From the human T2T-CHM13v2.0 reference genome, Homo sapiens, in the NCBI RefSeq assembly GCF_009914755.1, contig NC_060933.1: DNA of 64,000 bases; one strand, written 5' to 3'. Position numbers and translations under genes: made by a program. Shown here piece by piece: positions 54,500-64,000 of this stretch. Under the pieces are notes generated by a model. That model saw nothing but the letters and a program-made list of their open reading frames with translations. It had not been told where the DNA came from and searched no databases. Within the stretch, counting starts at the first letter, position 1. Every line of letters begins with the position of its first letter.

Positions 54500-55620
54500 C
54501 TCCCAAATAACCTAATAAAAACAAATGGGCAAAGGATATGAATAAACATTTATCAAAAAACATACACAAATGACTAGTATGTATACCAAAAAAAAAAAAA
54601 TGCTCAATGTCACTAACCATTAGGGTAATGAAAATCAAAACCACAGTGAGACAACACCTCACACCTGTTAGGATGGCTGTTATAAGAAAGATAAGAGATT
54701 GCAAGTGTTGGCAAGAATATTGAGAAAATGGAACCCTTGTGCGGCATTGGTGGAAATGTAACTTACTACAGCCATTGTGGAAAACAGTTTGTGGAGGTTT
54801 CCCAAAAGGTTAAAAATAGAACTACCATATATGATCCAGCAATCTTACTATGGAGTATACTACATCCAAAGAGAATAAAATCAGTACTTCCCAAAAATAT
54901 CTGCACCCCTATGTGCATTGCAACACTATTGGCAGTAGCTAAGATATGGGATCAATCTAAGTGTTCATTGGCAGATTTTTGGATAAAGAAAATGTGTGCC
55001 TTCATGCACGCAAACAGGCATGCACACACACACACACACAAATAAAATGCTCCACACACACACACACACACACACAAACAATAAAACACTCTTTAGCACA
55101 CACAATAAATGTTCTTCAGTCTTAAAAATGAAGGATGTCCTGCCATTTGTAACAATGTGGATGAACCTGGAGGACATTATACTACGTGAAACAAGCCAGG
55201 AAGAGAAAGACAAACACTGCATGATCTCCCATGTGCAATCTTAAAAAACATTTAACTCATAGAAGCAGAGTAGAATGGTGGTTGTCTGGGGCCTGGTAGA
55301 GGGACAGAGCAAAGTCATCAGGGAATAAAGAGGAGTTGGCCAAACGGTAAAAAGTTTCAGTTAGGATGAATTAGTTCTGGAGAGCTGTTGTATATCCTGA
55401 CTACCATAGTTAATAGTAATGTATTGCATTCTTGAAAATTTCTGAGAGATTTTAAGGGTTTTGACACAAAAATATGTGTATGAGGTGAGGAATATCTCAA
55501 TTTGTTTGATTTAATAATCTAACAATGTATACATATATCAAAATATCACATTGCATACCATAAATGTATATAATTTTTACTTTTCATTTATACCTTAAGA
55601 AATCTGGAGAAAAATAAAAT
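54500..55620 (+). mobile_element. L1MA-type 3' end with an internal (CA)n at 55023-55076
   Basis: aaaaccacagtgagacaacacctcacacctgttaggatggct; gatgaacctggaggacattat; 3' terminal motifs. Confidence 0.9.
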
Positions 55621-56208
55621 TGCTTTTAAATGGACTAAATTCACTTTTCTAAAATCTCAACTATATTTTCAAAACATTAGTATCTCTGTCAATAACAGGG
55701 TCTAAAAATGCTTTTTCAGAATGATCGTAACACAAATTTTTAAATAACTAGTTTTTAAGGAAATTACAGATATCGAAGCCTAGACATAGAATGTCACTAA
55801 AGAAATGGCTTCTGATTTAGCCTGAATATATGACAGGCCAAGATCAGATCTCTGGGTTGAAGGTCAAAAATATTTTTAAATTGTCCTTTCTTCTTCCTTT
55901 CTCTCCCTCTCTCTAAAATGTTTGAATGGAAAGGTAACTAATTAAACGCAGGCAAATACATACAACAGTCAAAGAGACCTACACACTTAGATGACAATGT
56001 TCATGCCCTCTCTATGTAGGTAGAGTTACATTAAAAGGCTTATTATAAGACTGACCCTTCTGAGCAACTGTCATGGGTAAACACATGATTCAACTGCTTG
56101 ATTGCCTAATCCACAGCAGTTGTAAATGCAAAATTACTTTCAAAAGGAGTCAAGTGCTGGAGCCCCTAGATCAGCCTGTCACCTCATTGAACGGAGCCTG
56201 CGCTAGGT

Positions 56209-56332
56209 CAGTGATTCTTAAAGTGTGGTAACAGGACCAACAGCATCACAGGAAATCTTGTAGGAAATGATGATTCCTGGGCCCCGCAAAAACTATGTGA
56301 ACCAGAAATGTTATAATTGGAGGCCAGCAATC

Positions 56333-56375
<43 letters not shown>

Positions 56376-56711
56376 GATGGTGTCTCACTGTCACTCAGGC
56401 TAGAGCACAGTGGCATAATCTTGACTCATTGCTGCTTCAAACACCTGGGCTCAAGCTGTTCTCTTGCCTCAGCCTCTTGAATAGCTAGGACTCCAGGCAT
56501 GTGCCACAAGGCCCAGCTAATTTTGTAAAAAAATATTTTTGTAGAGCTAGAGTCTTGCTATGTTGCCGAAGGTAGTCTTGAACTCTTAGATTTAAGCAAT
56601 CTCCCTACTTCAGCCTCCCGAAATGTTGAGATTATAGGTGCGAGCCTCCATGCCCAGCCAATCTGCCTTTCGATAGGCTATCCAGATGATCCTAAAGAAC
56701 ACTGAAGTTAG
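56209..56711. mobile_element. MER5A-like DNA transposon split by AluJ
   Basis: cagtgattcttaaagtgtggt..accaacagcatca..cagcaatctg | ..tccagatgatcct..cactgaagtt. Confidence 0.75.
56335..56659 (-). mobile_element. AluJ with a (TAT)n tail
   Basis: Diverged full dimer; caatctg repeated at both junctions. Confidence 0.9.
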
Positions 56712-58612
56712 TATGTTTGATTTAATCCTTTTCAATTTTATATTTTTGTTACTAAAGAACACAGAGTTATTTAATGTAGAAATGTTTCAATTCTCCTTTT
56801 CTAGTACACTTGATTAGACAATCCAAAAGGATTTTTCTCGTCTGAAAGGAAACAAAGCAATAGAGCAAGGCAAAACAAAACAATTCTACCCCAATAAGTT
56901 TCTGACCTAGATTTAAAATGAAGTTAATTATTGGTGAACTGAGATAGCTATATAATTATTATGGTTATATAGAGATATGGACATGTATAGTTATGGAGTT
57001 AGATGTCTGAAATCCTCTTAATTCTAGTCGTTCATAACTCTAGAGTAATGCTGACAAACAATCATTAGTACTATTTGTTGATGGGAGGCGGAGTTGGCTA
57101 TATTTGCCCTTGAAAGACTATTCATTTCTGTATACAGAAACTCACAGAAATGTGTATATGGGTATGCATGTGTCTGTATACATTAGACTACTTTCTGTGA
57201 GTCAAGCACAGATCTTCCCATTGCGGAGGCTTCTTTCTGTTGTGGAGAGAATGATAGACAGTAACAAAATAAGGGTAAAGGGATGAAAGAGACCAACTGT
57301 GGGAATAGTTCGTTTATTTAGGGTGAGGTTAGGGAGAACACTTGAATTAAGTGACATCTGAGTAGACTTTATAAAGTGAACGTATAAGTTCTGCAGATAC
57401 CTGGAGAAAGTCAGAGCTTGCAATAAATAGCCTGGGACATGGGATCATGTCAACCTATCTTCAAGCTCTGATCCCATTTTTAAATTAACTCTCTGATACC
57501 TGAAACAACTACTTAAGTTACGTGAATACTAATATACCTCAATCAAAAACTGTGATATGGATATCTATTTTAAATGTTCATATAAAGATTAAAAATTATA
57601 AATTTGTTAAATGACAAACACAGCTCTTGAATATAGTAAACGTGTCAGTTCTACTGCATTTTATTGCATTCTGAATATTTTATTGAAGTTGCTTTAGAGT
57701 TTTCCGGTATCAAATACAACTATTTTTCTTTCTCTTTCATTTTTCATCAATTTATTCAGCATCAATTTTCAACACTATCTAAGTGGGCCAGGCACTTTTT
57801 AAAAACACATGCCTTATAGACAGTTACAGCAGAACCCTGGAACTGCTTGTATTTTCTGTCCAGCACACCCAACGTTGGCACATTTACAATTCATATTATC
57901 AGTAAGTAATTTCATGTCTATATACAGCCACTGGAACTTTGTACAATACATATTGGTCCTTGAGACCAATGCATGGCAGCAACATAAATATTTTCAGAAG
58001 CAAATACTATTTTGAAGGTGTTTTTGTCCATACATTAAATCTCCACCTTTTGGCCTCATTATGTATTACAAAGATCGCCTTGAGTTATTTGACAAATTGC
58101 TTCATTCTATATGTTCTGGAGTAGTTTGATTATTGCTTACATTTTCTCAATACCACTTTTTCAGTGGAAGAAGTAGGGAGCAAAGAGAAAATAAAAAGTG
58201 GCTCAGCTGTCTTAAGATGGTAAAAAGCAGATGGATATGGTCAAAATTAGAGTGGGATAAATTTAGCATCTTCCACACTGCATTATTGTTTACCACTGTT
58301 TTGTTTTCCTATTTTTACAGCACTAGCAAAATGTTGTCTAGATAACTCTCATATTATTACAGAATAAGGAAGCCCATTATTTATATTGTCACTATATACA
58401 AACAATTTAGAAAGTGTAGTCTTATGATATTCACACATTCATAGATTATAGAGGGTCATAGTATGGAGTTTGAGAACAACACTTTTGGAAAACAAAATGA
58501 CAGGATATATAAAATGTCCATGACCTTGAACCTACTAATTTTGTCTGGAAACTTACCTTTAAAAATAGTTTTAAACATAAGAAAAACTGTACATTTTAAA
58601 ACAACTGAAAGG

Positions 58613-58950
58613 TGTAATTGATTTGTTTGCAACTTAGTGGATAAATGCCTGAGAGGATGGGTAATTCATTCTTTTTGATGGGCTTATTTCACTTTAAATT
58701 AAATGCCTGTATCAAAACATCTTATGTACCCCATAAATACATGACAGGTAACACTTTTAACGGCCAGACTTCTGGGTGTTTTTTTTTTTTTTTTGTGACA
58801 CTGAAGTTATCTCCTTCTACTTGACAAAGAAATAATACATGAGCAGTTAATAATTATGTTGTATAATAGAAACAAGGAATATTGGACAAAAAGCTAGTGT
58901 AAGTGAGCAAAAATAATATGCCCACAAAAATTAAAAATAAAAAAATAAAA
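58613..58950 (+). mobile_element. L1MA1/2-like 3' end containing a foreign insert
   Basis: ggataaatgcctgagaggatgg...atgcctgtatcaaaacatcttatgtaccccataaatacat, then after the insert tatgcccacaaaaattaaaaat. Confidence 0.8.
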
Positions 58951-58959
58951 TGCATGCTT

Positions 58960-59610
58960 ATATTCTTTTAGTCTTAACTATTTAAAGAAATAGTTATTTG
59001 GATATTATTGTTATTCAGTTGTACAAGTGCTTTCTATATTCTGGACACTAACCATTTGTTGGATATATGATTTGCAAATATTTTCTCCCATTTCATAGGC
59101 TGCCTATTTACTCTGTGAATAGTTTTCTTTGCTGCACAGGAGTTATTTTAAGTTTGATATTATTCCATTTCTCTTCTGTGCTTTTTTTCCTGTAGTTTGG
59201 GTGTTACATCCAATAAATCATTGCCAAAACCAATGTCATGAAACTTCTCTGTGTTTTCTTCTAGGAATTTTACAATATCACATCTCACATTTAGATGTTT
59301 AAGCCATTTTGAGTTAATTTTTTGTATATGGTGTAAAATAAGGATGCAACTTCATTTTCCATATGAATGTCTTGCTTGCCTAACAATTTGTTGAAGAGAC
59401 AATCTTTCCCCATTGTGTAGCCTTGACACCCTTGTCAACAAACATTTGATCATATATGTGAGTGTTCATTTCTAGACGCTATTCTGTTCCACTGGTCTGT
59501 ATGTCTGTTCTATGCCAGAACTGCATTGTTTTAATTACTGTAGCTTTATAATATATGTTCTAATCAGAAAATATGAAGCCCCCAGTTTTTCTTTCTCAAG
59601 ACTGTTTTGG
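58960..59610 (-). mobile_element. L1M ORF2 3' fragment
   Basis: tttgcaaatattttctcccatt, attgccaaaaccaatgtcatg and agccattttgagttaattttt. Confidence 0.85.
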
Positions 59611-59792
59611 CCTTTCATGGTGTTTTGAGATTCCATATGCATTTTAGGATGGTTATGCATTGTTACTTTACTAATTTTCTAATATATATTGGAGTTGACA
59701 GGGCAGGGAGATCAAATTCTAACTATTTTATGACAATGCCTTGGCTATTCAATGTTATAAAAAGATTGCAAATTCTTCAAAGCTGCAATGCT

Positions 59793-59990
59793 AGCTGGGC
59801 ACCTTGTCATCTTCTTGTAGTCCTAACTACTCAAGATACTGATGTGGGAGGATCATTTGAGGCCAGGAGTTCAAGACTGTAGCATACTTTGTGCTTGCCT
59901 GTGAATAGCCACTGCACTCCAGCCTGGGCAACATAGTGAGACCCTGCCTCTAAAACCAAAAACAACAAAAGTAACAAAAAACATAAAACA
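59793..59990 (+). mobile_element. FAM (fossil Alu monomer)
   Basis: Monomer retaining the 7SL-type gcctgtgaatagccactgcactccagcc; A-rich tail; TSD aagctgcaat / aagctacaat. Confidence 0.85.
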
Positions 59991-60247
59991 AAGCTACAAT
60001 ATTCTTTCTGCAAGACCCAGTTTCTTGCATAGTTGTAGGTATATTGTTGTTTGATTGCATTTTCATACTAGAATGAAACATTCTAATGGACAAATTTAGA
60101 ACTCACCTTAATATTTGCTACTATTGTCAATTTTTATAAACCATTTCTATTATTCCATAAAATAAATAGCAACTGTAACATAAATGTAAGCTTCATATTA
60201 GCTCTCCTTATTCAGTGCTACTAAAATAAAACTGTCCTGTCTTCTAA

Positions 60248-60647
<400 letters not shown>

Positions 60648-60937
60648 TCTACTTTTCTTTTAATTAACATATTTATTTATGAAATATGATAAGCATATGA
60701 AAAAAGTAGAAGAAAATAATAGATTATTTTACACTTAAGACAAACAGATGTGTTATTATTTGGCACATTTGCTCAATATTTCTTTTGTTAAATAAAATAA
60801 AAATTATATTAATATCTTATCAATTTTTGTATCTCCTTACATAAAGGTTGCTATTATACTAAAGGGAATGGATGTAATTTTCCAGTATTTTAACACTTTT
60901 ACTGTGATATATATATATATGTATATATATTCATTCA

Positions 60938-61075
60938 AATAATAATAGCTACCATTTATTGATACCTTACCATAGTCCAGATACTATGCTAAATAATTTA
61001 TATGCATTAACTCATTAAAATGCTATGCCTACCCTATGCAAAAGTTTTTATATTGTCACCATTTTAAAGATAAAT
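60938..61075 (-). mobile_element. MIR fragment
   Basis: aataataatagctaccatttattga..cttaccat..tgctaaataatttatatgcattaactcatt. Confidence 0.8.
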
Positions 61076-62264
61076 ATTTGGGATACGGTGTCATTTTTCT
61101 CTAGTTTTGAAAGTTTCAGATTTCACACATTCTTTTTCAACCTTCCTTTTTTCATTCAACCTGCAGTTTATATTTTTATAGCTTGGGAAATGTAAATCAT
61201 TTATTTTAACTTGGGAATAAACCATAAATGTTTATGTGTTTCCTTAAAATGGAAAACTAAGTCATTTGAAAACTCTGCCATTGCAAACAGTGTTTTGTCC
61301 ATGTGTACATTGTGCATATGCTTGAAAGTTAATTTAGTATAGAAATTGGAAGTTATTAGTATTAATTATTTAGCCTAGATGTGTGGTTGCTAAATGGTGG
61401 CAACACACTTTAAAATTTACTGTAAAAAAATAAACCTTTAACATTTGGCCTGTATTGTTCCAGTTCTACTTGAGAACATAATCCTGTCTCTTTCTTTGGA
61501 ATGTACAGCATCAAGATGAATGTGGATTTTTACGTCTTCCTTGTTGTTGTGAAATGTCCATCTTTGGAATTGACCCAGTATAAATGGCTGGTGCAAGTGG
61601 ATACTGCAGCCTTCTTGTGTCAACGTAATTTACACTGACCTTGCTATTAATTTCAGTAGCTGGACACTCCCTGCACATTGATGTGATAAAAGCAGCTGTG
61701 AACCAGGCCTCCCAATGAGGTAAAATGCTTCATCACAGTATTACTTGTCCCGTAATCTTCTGTAAAGCCAATTACGCATAATGTTAGATTAGAGCCTGTG
61801 TGTCACTTGTGCCTGATTGCCAACTTGAAACTGTAACAATTGACACTGGTTGGGCCACTAAGTATTACCATCTTTTTTCTTCTGAGCTATTCTGCTAGTT
61901 ATACTTAGGACACTAGGAATTATTAAACTTTTTTCTCTAAATCTATTCTAGCAATACAATGCCATTAAATATATGGCATTATTTTCTCTATATCTTTATC
62001 AACACCTGTTTCTGAAATTTTTTTGCACTTTGCAAATCTGGTGGCATACAATATTACCTCATTTTGTATGTAATTTGCATTTAACTAATTACAGTATAAC
62101 TAATTACAGTGGAATTTTATGTTCCCGCTTGTATTTTATTGTCCATTGGGGTTTTGTGGTACTAATCAGCCATACACTTTGCTCATGTTTCCATGGAGCT
62201 ATTTTCACATTGATTTTGAAGAGTTCTATACATATTCTGGACTTGCTTTATCAAAGAAAGCCAC

Positions 62265-62484
62265 GAAGGTAAGAAAGAGAGAGAGAGAGAGTAATAAAAG
62301 TCACAGCCTTTTGTAGTCTAATATTAGAATTAACAGTTCATCACTTTCACTATATTCTATTCATTACAATCAAGTCAATGTCCACACCTCTCAAGACACA
62401 CACATACGTACACACAGGGGTACAGAGGCATGAATGAAAGGAGGCAGGGATCATTCAGAGACATTTCAGAACTTACCTCCCACA
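62265..62484 (-). mobile_element. MLT1 (F/G/H-like) LTR fragment
   Basis: catcactttcactatattctattcatt; aggcatgaatg..ggaggcagggatcatt...cccaca. Confidence 0.65.
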
Positions 62485-63539
62485 CCTTACTTACAATTTC
62501 TAGTTATCAAAGAGATAATCATCCCCTTGCATCCCTACTTGAAAATAGAAAGGAAAGGGAGAACAATTACGTCAACAATTCAATACAAACTTTTTTAACA
62601 TAATGATTTCTAGTATCCCAACCTGGAGTCCTTCCATGGAATAGTTATAACTAGATGATGTGAGATAATAGAAATTTTCTTATGTTTATGTACTTTGCAC
62701 TGATAATGGTTCATTCCATAGACAGGCTATGGTTTAAATGTTTATATAAAATCTTCAATCCCTCTCTTTACCTATGCTTCCTTAGAGCATCTCTCTACAA
62801 GTGATTCTACGGTGCTGCCTAATTTATCGAGGCCTTTGGTAGTCCCATATTTGGTTATCAAATTATCCTGCCATGATAATACGGAATAAGGATATTACTT
62901 TTCCATTATAACTCACGGCAACCAGGTGATGCTAAATCAAAAATTGTTTATTACTTTAGTTCTTTTGTTTTCCTTTTGGCAGATGTATATATTTATTCTT
63001 TTATTTTATTTTTTAGATAGATCTACTTGATTCTGAAGCACCATTAGATTCATGGTTGTATTTTATTCCTCACATTTCTATTTTAGGAAACTGGTAATCA
63101 AAGCTCTTGGGAGATACCTTTCTTCTTTGCACACCTACATTGATTAGCTGTTTCAGTTTTTATGTAAGCACAAAACTTAGGACATTAAGAGACTGTCAGC
63201 CACCAAAAGGTGTTATTTTAAGTTTCTTCTTTTATTTTTATCTAAGTAATAGTAAAAAACTCCCTTCACTTTCCTCTTAACCATCAGCCATGAAAGGTTG
63301 TTTCTTTTCTCTTTTGCCTTAAAGTCTCCAGAGTAGAGATTTTGTCCCTGCCTTAGGAATGGTTGATAAAAGAGATTTTCATCCATTGTGAATCTCTAAG
63401 GACATGACCTGTTCTCTGCTTCTATGGAACAAGGTGATTCAATTCTATCATTTACAGTCGAGGTGACTGACAATGGAAATTACAGTTTTCCTTTTTAGGG
63501 TAACTAAATGTTTGATTCTTTCCTTCTTCCTCTTTCTCT

Positions 63540-63680
63540 GTGTGGATGGTGTGTGTTCATGTATACACACATACACACACACATACATATATATGCATTA
63601 TATATATGCATACATGTGTGAAAGATAATATGTATATACAAAATCTATGTACATGCATATATATGTGTATATATATATAC
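63540..63680. repeat. CA/TA/TG low-complexity tract
   Basis: Alternating purine-pyrimidine runs. Confidence 0.85.
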
Positions 63681-63762
63681 ACTGTAATAAGAATGTATCA
63701 TTTCTCAGGACAAAATTAAGAAACTGAAAAACTATCAGGCAGAACACCGTATGCTTTCCATC

Positions 63763-64000
63763 TTTTTTTCTTCTTTTTTTAGCTTTTAAGTTCAGGGGTA
63801 CAAGTGCAGCTTTGTTACGCAGGTAAACTTCTGTCATGGGCATTTGTTGTGCAGATTATTTTTTCACCCAGGTATTAAGCCTAGTACTCAGAAGTTATTT
63901 TTCTTGATCCTCTCTCCCCTCCTACCCTCCACCTTCTGATAGGCCCCAGTATGCGTTGTTCCCCTCTGTGTATCCATATGTTCTCATCATTTAGCTCCCA
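63763..64000 (-). mobile_element. L1PA13-15-like 3' end, continuing beyond the window
   Basis: ttttaagttcaggggtacaagtgcag...cacccaggtattaagcctagtac. Confidence 0.9.

Overview
Primate, very probably human or great-ape, genomic DNA. It is AT-rich, LINE-dense and gene-poor: I found no credible host exon, RNA gene, CpG island or intact transposon ORF. Most of the window is layered repeat fossils. These include a near-full-length L1PA7/8-type element carrying a nested twin-primed L1 and an AluY, older L1M elements, L2/MIR, AluJ/S/Y and FAM, LTR elements (a MER11 solo LTR, a two-LTR MLT1 provirus, and MST/THE1, MLT1A/E, LTR16, LTR40 and MER31/67-like pieces), and MER3/MER5A DNA transposons. I see no new gene system. 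The notable signals are structural. (1) A ~690-bp locally templated insertion (31302-31990) between 11-bp direct repeats creates a 463-bp inverted repeat whose arms are far more alike (6 mismatches) than the L1 segment copied with them (14/227), suggesting arm-to-arm gene conversion or recurrent inversion. (2) The inverted arm of the nested L1 shares variants with its host L1, again suggesting conversion between inverted copies. (3) There are several smaller template-switch and duplication scars. Subfamily names come from recalled consensus motifs, not a database search, and boundaries of old elements are approximate.
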